This document shows positions 1 to 9,510 of a stretch of DNA of 64,000 nt, in pieces; positions within the stretch are counted from its first letter, which is position 1; the number at the start of each line of letters is the position of its first letter. Source of the stretch: Promethearchaeota archaeon. GTDB taxonomy: Archaea; Asgardarchaeota; Lokiarchaeia; Sigyniarchaeales; SOKP01. Made by a program: the position numbers and the translations under genes. Location: positions 34,371 through 98,370 of the forward strand of contig JAHPZJ010000019.1 in the NCBI GenBank assembly GCA_019058245.1. Direction: 5' to 3'. The notes beneath the pieces were generated by a model. It had not been told where the DNA came from and made no database searches. It was given only the letters and a program-made list of their open reading frames with translations.

Positions 1-630
1 AAATTTACTTTCTCTGGAAAAGGGAGTAAAATGATGGGTAAGTTGGTTGTCCAGTCTATAAATGAAACAATAAATATTCCAGTTTCCTCAGAGATCGGAA
101 AAGATGTTTCTTCTGTAGAAACAGTCGGAACAGGATTGGTAAATCAACCACCGCCATCAATTCCAATAGAGATCAGGGAGCAAAATATGAAAATATTAAA
201 GGAAGCTTATGAAAACTATCTCGATGGTAAATATCCATTTGAAAAGATTAAATCAGAGGCAGATTTTGAAGAGGCTTATAATAACAAGAAGATTTTTGTT
301 ATTAAGAAGCATATTAAAAAGGATGCTGTTGTAGTTGGTCAAGAAGGGTTTTATTATATTCGCAAGGGAGAGGAATATTATTATCCATGGCCTGAAATTA
401 AGAATATAGCTTGGGGGAGATTACTTCATGGCAGAAAAAAGCGAATCGTTGTAAATGTTATGTTTTGGGATGACACATTTTTTAGATTTATTCCTGGAAA
501 ATACGATCAAAGTGAATTTCCAGTTGATTTAACCACCATCGGAATGAAAGGAATAAAAATATATGAAACACTCTTTAGAAAATATTGGAAACCAGACTTT
601 ACTTTTAAAGAATCATTTCCCAGGGGGTAA
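1..630 (+). CDS. Hypothetical protein, probably 5'-truncated by the window edge
   Basis: ORF 31..630 stays open back to base 1 (KFTFSGKGSK-MMGK...). A Pro-rich linker (QPPPSIP) precedes a beta-rich C-terminal domain. No family recognised. Confidence 0.6.
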   Translation, partial: KFTFSGKGSKMMGKLVVQSINETINIPVSSEIGKDVSSVETVGTGLVNQPPPSIPIEIREQNMKILKEAYENYLDGKYPFEKIKSEADFEEAYNNKKIFVIKKHIKKDAVVVGQEGFYYIRKGEEYYYPWPEIKNIAWGRLLHGRKKRIVVNVMFWDDTFFRFIPGKYDQSEFPVDLTTIGMKGIKIYETLFRKYWKPDFTFKESFPRG

Positions 631-733
631 GTTTATATCCCTTCCATTATATTTTAACACAAAAAAAAGATTTACCCCAATGTTTTAATATGAGATATTT
701 TTTATTTCGAATATTAAAATACTCCATTTAAAA

Positions 734-2272
734 ATGATGAAATGGAAAAAAATTTTATTCTTAGTAGCAAATTATAAGACAACTGGTTATGATTTTTATG
801 ATTCAGCCTTTCCTCCATTAGCATTTGAATATCTTGCATCATATATCGAAGATCTAGTAGATGTGAAAATACTTGACTCAAAAGCTGCAAAATTAAATTT
901 TTCACAAGTAAAGAAGGAAATTGAAAATTATCAACCTGATCTAGTAGGATTAACAGTACCAGTTACAAGTGCAATTGATAATGTTTTACAATATGCAAAA
1001 ATTGCTAAATTATATGGCTCAACGACGGTAATTGGTGGTTGGCATCCAACATTAGCAGTTGAACAAACTTTATCTTCGCCATGGATTGATATTTTAGTTA
1101 GAGGTGAAGGTGAATTTACCTTCCGTGAATTGATTGAAAAGGGATCTCCAGTAAATATACATGGTTTATCATATAAAGCGAATGGAAAATTAATACATAA
1201 TCCAGATAGACCCTTTTTAAGAAACTTGGATGAGCTAAAACTTCCATCTCGCCATTTGGTGAGAAATTATAGATACAAAATATTTAATATGAATTGTGAT
1301 GCGATTGAGACTTCTCGTGGGTGTCCACAAGCATGTAAATTTTGCAGTACTAATGTGGTATACAATCAAACGTGGAGATCCAGATCAGTTGAAAATATTA
1401 TGAAGGAATTAGAAATTATCTCAAAAAACAAAAAAATTAATGATATTTTTATTGTAGATGATAATTTTCTTGTTAATATGAAACGTATTGGAAGATTATG
1501 CCTTGAAATAATAAAAGGTAAGAGAGAGGGAATAATACGAAAAAATATATTTTTTTTCTTTCAAGGACGATTAGATTCAATGGCGAAACATCCAAAAATA
1601 GTGAAATTAATGGCTGAAGCAGGTTTTTGGCTTGTTCTTGTAGGTGTAGAAGCAACTGACGATAAAGGACTCAAAGCAGTAGCCAAGGGCTGTAATATGA
1701 ATCAAATTAAAAGAGGAATCAATGTTTTACATGATAATGAAATAACTATAATGGGAAATGTTATTATTGGAGCTAACCTAAACGACACTATTGAGGATGT
1801 TCTTAGAACAATTAAAAGAACAAGTGAATTAAGCTTAGATTTACCAAGTTTTACACTGTTAACACCTTTTCCAGCAACTAAATTTTATGATGAAATAAAA
1901 GAAAGTAATCTACTTTTGACAGAAAAATATAGTGAATTTAACTGGCTCAATCCTGTTATAAAAACTCCTAATCTTAGTCCTGAAATTTTAAAAAAATTAT
2001 TATATCTTGGATTTTATTCAATTGGTTATTATGCTGGAGATATGAGAAATAAGGTATATTTGTACAATAGAGCTTTTAAATCAAGAGGAATTTTTTATAT
2101 CATCAATCCTTTAAGAGCTTATCGTGCTGTAATTTCATATTTTAAATGGAAAAAAATTGTATTAAGAAATTTAGAAGGATTTAAAAAGAAGGTGATAAGA
2201 CAAATAAAAGGAGGAAATCGAAATAAGATAGCTGATATTAAAAAACAATTAGAAACATGGCGATCTAATTAA
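734..2272 (+). CDS. B12-binding domain radical SAM protein (class B methyltransferase / GDGT-modifying enzyme-like)
   Basis: N-terminal cobalamin-binding domain (PPLAFEYLAS, GGWHPT, VRGEGE); TSRGCPQACKFC CxxxCxxC motif; DDNF; TPFP. Confidence 0.9.
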   Translation: MMKWKKILFLVANYKTTGYDFYDSAFPPLAFEYLASYIEDLVDVKILDSKAAKLNFSQVKKEIENYQPDLVGLTVPVTSAIDNVLQYAKIAKLYGSTTVIGGWHPTLAVEQTLSSPWIDILVRGEGEFTFRELIEKGSPVNIHGLSYKANGKLIHNPDRPFLRNLDELKLPSRHLVRNYRYKIFNMNCDAIETSRGCPQACKFCSTNVVYNQTWRSRSVENIMKELEIISKNKKINDIFIVDDNFLVNMKRIGRLCLEIIKGKREGIIRKNIFFFFQGRLDSMAKHPKIVKLMAEAGFWLVLVGVEATDDKGLKAVAKGCNMNQIKRGINVLHDNEITIMGNVIIGANLNDTIEDVLRTIKRTSELSLDLPSFTLLTPFPATKFYDEIKESNLLLTEKYSEFNWLNPVIKTPNLSPEILKKLLYLGFYSIGYYAGDMRNKVYLYNRAFKSRGIFYIINPLRAYRAVISYFKWKKIVLRNLEGFKKKVIRQIKGGNRNKIADIKKQLETWRSN

Positions 2273-3742
2273 ATGGAACAGAAACTTTTAAAAAACCAGA
2301 ATTTATATTGGAAAAGAATTCTATTAATTAAGCCTAATTATAGGACTACTGGTTGGGATTATTACAATATGGAATTTCCTCCAATTAATTTAACGTATAT
2401 AGCTAGCTATTTAACTGATTTAAATGTTGAGATACAAATTCTTGATACAAAAGTGAAAAACTTAACATCTAGTCAGATTAGGAAAAAAATTGAAAAATTT
2501 AATCCAGATATAGTTGGTATTTCAGTCTTTGTATCTGCCGCATTAAAGAATTCGACTATTATTGCAAAGATTGTAAAAGAAGTAAATCCACATTGCACCG
2601 TAGTATTTGGTGGGAGGCACCCCACATTCGAGTCAGATTCAACTCTAAAAATTAATGAAGTTGATATAGTAGTAAGGGGTGAAGGAGAGTTAACTTTTAG
2701 AGAATTAATTATTAAGGGTAGCCCTTTTAATGTGAAAGGTATTTCATATAAATATAATGGGAAAATAATTCATAATCCTGATAGACCATTAATAAAAAAT
2801 TTTGAAAATATTAGATTTCCCGCTAGAGAGCTCACAAAAAATTATAAATATAAAATGTTTACAGTGAGATTAGAAACAGTGGAAACATCTAGAGGTTGTC
2901 CTTATACATGTAAATTTTGTACCACACATATTTTTAATAAAAACTTATGGAGGTCTCGTTCTGTTGAAAAAATCATAAATGAATTAAAAATTATCTCACA
3001 AAATAGAAAAATTACAGATATTTTTTTTGTAGATGATAATCTAACTGTGAATACCACAAGAATTGAAAATTTGTGCGATAAAATAATTGAAAGTAAGCAA
3101 AAAAAAGAAATTAATGATTTTAAATTTTTTGCACAGATAAGGGTCGATTCTATTATAAGGGCACCTCAAATGGTAAAAAAGATGGCAAAAGCAGGATTTT
3201 GGGTCGTTTTTATAGGAATTGAAAGTGTGAATGAAGAAACTCTTAAAGAAGTAAGAAAGGGTTTTGAATTTAAAAAAGTAATTGAAGCACTTAAAATCTT
3301 ACATGATAATAATATAATTGTAATGGGGAATTTAATAATTGGCATTGATTTAGAAGAAACAGAAGAAGAAGTTATTAAAGAAATTAAATTTATGAAAACT
3401 GTGGATGTAGATTTAGTGAGCTTTGTCTTATTAACTCCATTTCCTGGAAGTGATACTTTTAAAGAACTGGATGAGCAAAGATTAGTAATATCTAAAGATT
3501 GGTCTAAATATACAGTTTTTTATCCTGTTATTAAAACTCATCAATTAAGTCCAAAACAATTGTATGATCTCTTATATTTCTCTTTTAGAGAACTAAAATA
3601 TGTTAATAATTTGAAAGAAATTGGTTATCGTATAATTAAAACTAGAGGATTGTTATTTATTTTGAATCTTAGAAGATTTCTAATACTCATAAACTCTTTC
3701 TTAAAAATGAGAAGTTTATTCAAAGAATTCAAGAAAAGATAA
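2273..3742 (+). CDS. B12-binding domain radical SAM protein, tandem paralog
   Basis: PPINLTYIAS, GGRHPT, VRGEGE, TSRGCPYTCKFC, DDN, TPFPG. Colinear with the upstream protein; TAAATG junction. Confidence 0.9.
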   Translation: MEQKLLKNQNLYWKRILLIKPNYRTTGWDYYNMEFPPINLTYIASYLTDLNVEIQILDTKVKNLTSSQIRKKIEKFNPDIVGISVFVSAALKNSTIIAKIVKEVNPHCTVVFGGRHPTFESDSTLKINEVDIVVRGEGELTFRELIIKGSPFNVKGISYKYNGKIIHNPDRPLIKNFENIRFPARELTKNYKYKMFTVRLETVETSRGCPYTCKFCTTHIFNKNLWRSRSVEKIINELKIISQNRKITDIFFVDDNLTVNTTRIENLCDKIIESKQKKEINDFKFFAQIRVDSIIRAPQMVKKMAKAGFWVVFIGIESVNEETLKEVRKGFEFKKVIEALKILHDNNIIVMGNLIIGIDLEETEEEVIKEIKFMKTVDVDLVSFVLLTPFPGSDTFKELDEQRLVISKDWSKYTVFYPVIKTHQLSPKQLYDLLYFSFRELKYVNNLKEIGYRIIKTRGLLFILNLRRFLILINSFLKMRSLFKEFKKR

Positions 3743-3894
3743 AATCTCTTTTGATATTTGTCAATAATATTGAAAGCTTTTTTTTTACAAAATTTTTAAA
3801 AAATAAACCCTAATTCATAAGAAGAAAAAGTGTGGGATTTAAATCTCTTAGATAAGAATTATCATTACAAACCATTTTATTAGGTATAAGAATA

Positions 3895-5121
3895 ATGCAA
3901 TTAAAAAAAAAATCAGTTCTATTACTACTCATTTTAGGGATAGGCTTTTTTTCAGGATTTATAACAATTGCTAATGCTTGCAAAACCGATTACACTGAAC
4001 ATAATTATGCTGAATGGAGATTTTCTAACAATCAACCCTATTTATATGTAGAAGCAGACGATTACTATACTCTTGGATTCTTAGAAGGACAAAATTTAGC
4101 TTCTCAAATAGCTTGGATGAAACTTATGATAATACTTCAAGCTCAAGAACTAGGTCTTTCATATCATATTGCAATTTATTCCGCTTTAGATTATCTTGAA
4201 TCTATTCCTGAAGAATACTTACTTGAGTTGCAAGGAATGGCGGATGCTATTGATGTCGTATCAATTTCATTTATGGAGAACATTTATGAAATTTCAATTG
4301 ATTTTATGGATATCTTGGCTCAAAACTGTTTTTGGGATATTTATTATGGAAAAATTATTCCAATGCTAACAGGATATCCACAATCACCATTAATAATGGG
4401 AGGATGCACTGCTATTGGATCTCATACAAGTAGAAATACAGTATTCGGACAAACAATTGATCTTTCTCTATTAATGGTGCCAACAGCGTCATGGGTCTAT
4501 ACAAGAATCAACAACAAAAGAGTTTTTTCCTTTAGAATGGGTAGTATGCTAGCTATGGGGGGGATAAATAAATGGGGACTTTCTCTTTCTGTTAATCTAA
4601 TTGAAGTTTTTAATTATGGATGTCCAGGGATTCCTCTCTCAATCATTTATAGGAACACATTGGAAAACGCCAGAACTGTTAAGCAAGCAAAAAGTAAAAT
4701 TGTTTCTAATGACTATACGGTAGGATGGAATTATATTATAAGAACTCGAAAAACTATGGTAGCAATTGAAACGATTCCTAATTCTTATTCATTAGAGAGA
4801 GTTGTAAGAGGAAGCTACACTTTTGATGCAAACATCTATGAAAATCCCTTATTCAAAATGTCTATGATTTACCCCACAAAATACTTAGAACGGTATAATA
4901 GAGTTTCTGAATTATGTAATATTTATAGCCAAGATAGTAACTTAGATATTCAAGATTTGTTCAATATTTTCTCGGATACTCAAATTTCAAGAAGATTTAC
5001 TACTGGAGATCCTATGGAAGTAGGAACAGTCGGTTCTTTTTTCGTTGATCACAAAAATAGAGTTTACTTTTGTTTAGGAAATCCATTAGACTCTAGTTTT
5101 GGCAAAATAAAATCAATCTAA
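3895..5121 (+). CDS. Secreted C45-family Ntn-hydrolase (acyl-CoA:6-APA acyltransferase / acid ceramidase-like)
   Basis: Signal peptide (KKK + hydrophobic stretch + ANA); ELQGMAD; autoprocessing GG|CTA Cys nucleophile; GQTIDL; GINKWGLSLSVN. Confidence 0.75.
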   Translation: MQLKKKSVLLLLILGIGFFSGFITIANACKTDYTEHNYAEWRFSNNQPYLYVEADDYYTLGFLEGQNLASQIAWMKLMIILQAQELGLSYHIAIYSALDYLESIPEEYLLELQGMADAIDVVSISFMENIYEISIDFMDILAQNCFWDIYYGKIIPMLTGYPQSPLIMGGCTAIGSHTSRNTVFGQTIDLSLLMVPTASWVYTRINNKRVFSFRMGSMLAMGGINKWGLSLSVNLIEVFNYGCPGIPLSIIYRNTLENARTVKQAKSKIVSNDYTVGWNYIIRTRKTMVAIETIPNSYSLERVVRGSYTFDANIYENPLFKMSMIYPTKYLERYNRVSELCNIYSQDSNLDIQDLFNIFSDTQISRRFTTGDPMEVGTVGSFFVDHKNRVYFCLGNPLDSSFGKIKSI

Positions 5122-5217
5122 AAAAACAGAAATATTACATAAAAACCAATTAAAATCTTTTTTTTTATTTGATAATTATTTTTATCCATAGTTTTTATTC
5201 TTCTGGAAACTTAAAGT

Positions 5218-5763
5218 CTATGTCTTATTGATAATTTTTGTAAAATTGTAAGTCTTATCTATCTTTTCAATAAGTTTAAATAGACCTGTTTTTGCCACTT
5301 CTGCTTCAATATCGTTTATATGATGACAATCTATTGAGAAAATTGCATCTGGTTTTAAAACTCGGTGAAATTCCTTTAAAATTCTATAGGGATCATTTAA
5401 CATATGGAACATGTCAAAACATAAAATAACGTCAATAGAATTATCCGTTAATCCTGTTGAACAATCTGTTGTAATAGTTTCAATATTAGTTAAACCTTCT
5501 TTTAACGCTTTTTTCTGAACTTTTTTAGCAGATAATGGATGTATGTCTGCTGCATAGACTTTTCCAGAGACACCTACAGCTTTAGCTGCTGAAATTGTAT
5601 AACTTCCTGCTCCACAACCGTAATCTAGGACATAATATCCTTCCTTAATTTTAGCTTTATTAACCTTTTTCACGGGTTTAGAAACAATATCCCGTAAAGA
5701 AAATAGCATAGACATCATTTTAAAAGATATTGCTTTCATGGGTATGTCTCGCTCAGTTTTCAT
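5218..5763 (-). CDS. Class I SAM-dependent methyltransferase
   Basis: VLDYGCGAG motif I; VYAADI; EFHRVLKPD. Confidence 0.9.
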   Translation of the reverse strand: MKTERDIPMKAISFKMMSMLFSLRDIVSKPVKKVNKAKIKEGYYVLDYGCGAGSYTISAAKAVGVSGKVYAADIHPLSAKKVQKKALKEGLTNIETITTDCSTGLTDNSIDVILCFDMFHMLNDPYRILKEFHRVLKPDAIFSIDCHHINDIEAEVAKTGLFKLIEKIDKTYNFTKIINKT

Positions 5764-5772
5764 TAGCTTTAA

Positions 5773-6057
5773 TTACCTCATTGTTTGTTTCATTGCTCTA
5801 TAGCTAAACAATGAAGCTAAGATTTGGAAAATCAACATTAGAATAGGAACTGGGCTCTTACTAGCTTCCTCTATTGTAATAAATAATAAATCAATGATAC
5901 TAACTAGAGTTAAAGCAGAAGTTATTGAAATTGCAATTTTACCTCCCTTAAAGACTAATTTTTTCTGTTGAGTATACAAGGGAATAAGAATTAACGCTAT
6001 TATAGTACCAATAATATGCCGTGTACCTCCAAGAGTATTATTAGAAATTTTCTCCAT
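5773..6057 (-). CDS. Small 3-TM membrane protein
   Basis: Three hydrophobic segments. ATG at 6057 preferred over GTG at 6108 because the GTG lies inside the operator array. Confidence 0.55.
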   Translation of the reverse strand: MEKISNNTLGGTRHIIGTIIALILIPLYTQQKKLVFKGGKIAISITSALTLVSIIDLLFITIEEASKSPVPILMLIFQILASLFSYRAMKQTMR

Positions 6058-6079
6058 ATTTTTATTCACTATCAAATAA

Positions 6080-6131
6080 TATAAGTCTTTACTTATATAA
6101 GCAAACACTTATATATAAATATTTGCTTATT
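6080..6131. promoter_or_regulatory. Triple tandem palindromic operator TATAAG-N6-CTTATA (putative ArsR-family sites)
   Basis: TATAAGtctttaCTTATA 6080-6097; TATAAGcaaacaCTTATA 6096-6113; TATAAAtatttgCTTATT 6114-6131. Confidence 0.7.
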
Positions 6132-6198
6132 TCTAAATTTGTATCTATTATATTAAAATAACTAATACTTGGATTTCTATTAAATCTTAAGAGAATTA

Positions 6199-6558
6199 TC
6201 AGTTCTCTTTTTTTTGTTGGGGATTATTAGGACAATCGCTACATTTACCCTCAAAAGTGCATCTCATATAAGACATTTCTAACATAACGTTAAGACGTTT
6301 TTTAAACCTTTTGAATTTGGTTTTATTTACATAATAATAATTACAATTTTGTTCTTTTTGTGATTTTATAAGATTAAGCTCTTTAAGCAAGTTTATATGT
6401 TGAGTAATTGCTGGTTGTGATATCCCTATTTTTTCTGCTAAATCTATTACTTTAAGCTTATTCTCATCATTGAACATCAATAGACGTAGTAGCTTAAGTC
6501 TTGTAGGATCGCCAAGAGCTTTAAAGAATTGAGATAAATCTTCTACAACATCTGTCAT
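6199..6558 (-). CDS. ArsR/SmtB family transcriptional regulator with C-terminal Cys cluster
   Basis: FKALGDPTRLKLL; HTH ISQPAITQHINLLK; C-terminal CTFEGKCSDCP. Confidence 0.92.
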   Translation of the reverse strand: MTDVVEDLSQFFKALGDPTRLKLLRLLMFNDENKLKVIDLAEKIGISQPAITQHINLLKELNLIKSQKEQNCNYYYVNKTKFKRFKKRLNVMLEMSYMRCTFEGKCSDCPNNPQQKKEN

Positions 6559-6586
6559 GGTATTCTTGAGATAATTCTATAATTAT

Positions 6587-6604
6587 TATAAGTAATTACT
6601 TATA
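6587..6604. promoter_or_regulatory. Perfect 18-bp palindrome TATAAGTAATTACTTATA, putative ArsR autoregulatory operator
   Basis: Perfect inverted repeat about 29 bp upstream of the ArsR ATG; same consensus as the 6080-6131 array. Confidence 0.7.
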
Positions 6605-6700
6605 TAACAATCTATTGGTTTAAGGGAGGAAACTTAATGAATTTAGAGTTATAATTATAACCAAAATTTTTTATATCTTTTTAATAATGAAAGAAAAAAA

Positions 6701-7921
6701 TTAACCAATTAAATCCTTTTTCCTAACATCTGGTGCTTTAAATAGAATTAACCCCGTTATAAGCATTATACAAGCAGCTACTGCGAAAGGTGGCCATCCT
6801 ACTAAATTTATAAGAGATCCATCCCTCATAGCACTAACCATAGTAAGATCTACAACAAATCCCATTAATATTGGTCCAATTACAAAACCAATATCTCCAA
6901 TCGTTCTATACACACCCATATAAATCTCAAGCTTATCTCTCGGAGCAATATCCGTAACATAAGCCGCGATTGGACCTGATAATCCACTTATAGCTCCATA
7001 TATAAAAATAACTAATGAAATATAGAAAAAATTCCCTGTAAAAGCAATCCATAGGGTCACTGGTGCTGATAAAATAAGAGACATTAACAGCGGTGTACGT
7101 CGTCCTATTTTATCTGAAAGTAAACCTATAAAAACCATTGTAATAGCAGTTGCAATACCCGCAATAGTTAGTAGAATACCAATACTGGCCTCATTTAAAC
7201 CAAGATCATTTCCCGAAAAAAGAGGTACAAGAGTATTTCTTACTCCTGTTCGTATAAAGAATAGCGCGAAAATTGAGGGAAGAACTGGTATAAATCTTGA
7301 ATCTTTTAAACTAAACCATGCCTCCTGATAAAGTTCATTTATTCCGATATGCTTTTCATCATTGTTCTTATTGATATGAGGTAAAATGAGTGTAGGAATG
7401 ATCCCAATTGCAGATATTATGGCATAAGCTAAAAATGGGGCACGAATACCGTAAGAATCTGCTACAAAACCACCAAAACTCGGACCAAAAATAGCTCCCA
7501 ATAATAAAAATCCAGAATATATACTCATTAAAAATCCCCTTCTCTCTGGGCTGGTAACCAAGGCAATAAATATAGTTGAAGTTGTTACATATATTGCAGA
7601 ACCAAATCCTTCAATGATTCGTGCAAATAATAAGATCCAATAATTTTGGGCTAATCCTGCCATAATTGAGGAAGATGATACAAGAACCAATCCTATGAGC
7701 ATCAAGTACTTTTTATTATATATTTGAGCCAAGAACCCTACAGGCAAATCAATGAACATACGTGCTATACCGAATGCTGAAACAACAAGTCCAACAAGTG
7801 TATAATTCACATTAAAAGATTCAGCATAGTAAGGTAATATCGGAGAAATAATACTCAATCCTAATAACACTAGAAATGTGACAATCGAAAGATTTAATGT
7901 AGTTATAATATCTTTTTGTAT
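6701..7921 (-). CDS. MFS transporter (DHA1-like); probable ATA start at 7921
   Basis: About 12 TMs; LSDKIGRR motif A; ARIIEGFG. TM1 extends upstream of the called GTG (7870) to an ATA preceded by GGGGAG. Confidence 0.88.
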   Translation of the reverse strand: MQKDIITTLNLSIVTFLVLLGLSIISPILPYYAESFNVNYTLVGLVVSAFGIARMFIDLPVGFLAQIYNKKYLMLIGLVLVSSSSIMAGLAQNYWILLFARIIEGFGSAIYVTTSTIFIALVTSPERRGFLMSIYSGFLLLGAIFGPSFGGFVADSYGIRAPFLAYAIISAIGIIPTLILPHINKNNDEKHIGINELYQEAWFSLKDSRFIPVLPSIFALFFIRTGVRNTLVPLFSGNDLGLNEASIGILLTIAGIATAITMVFIGLLSDKIGRRTPLLMSLILSAPVTLWIAFTGNFFYISLVIFIYGAISGLSGPIAAYVTDIAPRDKLEIYMGVYRTIGDIGFVIGPILMGFVVDLTMVSAMRDGSLINLVGWPPFAVAACIMLITGLILFKAPDVRKKDLIG

Positions 7922-8001
7922 TAATATCTCCCCTTGAACTGAATATAATTAAAAAAAAAATTATAAATTAAAAAACTTTTTTTCAAGATTAGTTCGGAAA
8001 T

Positions 8002-9246
8002 TTATCCATAATGTTTTTCTTCCTCATGCTCAGCATCAATAGCATCTTTTTCTAAATCACGACCAAGCCATTTCTCATTTAAAATTTCCTTATAATATTC
8101 ATGTTGGATGATTAAATTCATAATTTCTGTTGTTCCTGTCCAAATCTCACCTATTCTAGCGTCTCTTAATAACCTTTCAATTGGATAAACTGTTGTATAG
8201 CCAATTCCTCCCATAATTTGCATGGAATTATTAATTACTTTCCAACACGATTTAGTTGAAAATTTTTTCGATTCAGATACTAATCTTCTTTGAAGAGCAG
8301 GTGGGGCTCCGGCGTCAATACTTCTGGCAGTGTTATAAACAAAGGATCGTGTTGCGTCTAGTAATGTAATGCTATCAGCTATCAGAAAATTCACACCTTG
8401 AAAGTTCCTTATCGTTTGCCCGAAAGCTTTTCTTTTTGTACTGTATTTTGTGGCAATTCTTAAACACGCCCTCGCAAGACCAATAAAGCCCGAAGCTGTA
8501 GTTAAACGTTCAGGAACCATCATTTGATAAAAAATCTTTCCACCAGCACCTTCTTCAATAATAACATTTTCTTCAGGAACTATAACATTATTAAATTTTA
8601 TTCTACCTGCACCACCACCTCTAGTTCCTAATATACCATATAGATATTCAACAGAAACATTTTCGGTTCTTTCTACTATAAATAAACTTAAATTATAATG
8701 TGGATTGGCTTTTGGATCCAAATTAGTTTTTGCATAAACCAGAAAGAAATCCGCCCCTTCTGCGCCTACAACAAAACGCTTTTCTCCATTTAAGATATAA
8801 TGATCACCTTCTTTCTCCGCTGTGGAAGTAGCTCCAAAGAAATCAGATCCTCCTCTTGGTTCAGTTAAAGCTTCAGCAGTGAATTTCTTCCCTTCACACA
8901 TAGGTTTAAGATATTTCTGTTTTTGTTCTTCAGTTCCAAACATGTTCAGAGCTTCTCCGCAAATACTAGGTAAAGAAAATAAACATGCAAGTGAACTCCC
9001 TAATACTCCAATTTCTTCTTGAGCTATAATTTCACTCTCCCAATTCAATCCTCTTCCTCCATATTCTTTAGGAAATCTTATTCCTATTAGATTTTGTTTT
9101 GCTAATGCATTTAACCATTCAGTAGGATATTGAATCTCATCTTTATCCATTTTTTTTAATAATGAGGGGGGAACTGTGTTTTTAACGAATGTTCGTACTT
9201 CATTTCTAAATTTTTTGTTTTTTTCACTTAGTAGATAATCATACAT
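8002..9246 (-). CDS. Acyl-CoA dehydrogenase
   Basis: [42 protein letters not shown]. Confidence 0.95.
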   Translation of the reverse strand: MYDYLLSEKNKKFRNEVRTFVKNTVPPSLLKKMDKDEIQYPTEWLNALAKQNLIGIRFPKEYGGRGLNWESEIIAQEEIGVLGSSLACLFSLPSICGEALNMFGTEEQKQKYLKPMCEGKKFTAEALTEPRGGSDFFGATSTAEKEGDHYILNGEKRFVVGAEGADFFLVYAKTNLDPKANPHYNLSLFIVERTENVSVEYLYGILGTRGGGAGRIKFNNVIVPEENVIIEEGAGGKIFYQMMVPERLTTASGFIGLARACLRIATKYSTKRKAFGQTIRNFQGVNFLIADSITLLDATRSFVYNTARSIDAGAPPALQRRLVSESKKFSTKSCWKVINNSMQIMGGIGYTTVYPIERLLRDARIGEIWTGTTEIMNLIIQHEYYKEILNEKWLGRDLEKDAIDAEHEEEKHYG

Positions 9247-9510
9247 TTTTGATTCTCTCTTAATGATATTTTAATAGCGATAAAGTAATTAAGAGTTCAA
9301 TAAAAATAATAATTTGGATTATTATCATTTTTTTTTTTATTAATAGCTATTTTGAAGTTCCATTGTAGTTCAATAATTAAAACTATAAATAATCAAAATT
9401 ACTTATTTTGCACACTATATAGTAAATTTATCGATTTTTTTTTAGATATTATTCGAAAAATCATAAAATTATACTTTATAATCTTAAAAAATTAAATATA
9501 CAATTCACCA

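Noticed and set aside
5218-5763. Arsenite methyltransferase (ArsM) call for the ArsR-linked methyltransferase
   Set aside because: It is shorter than ArsM and the characteristic ArsM cysteine positions are not evident.
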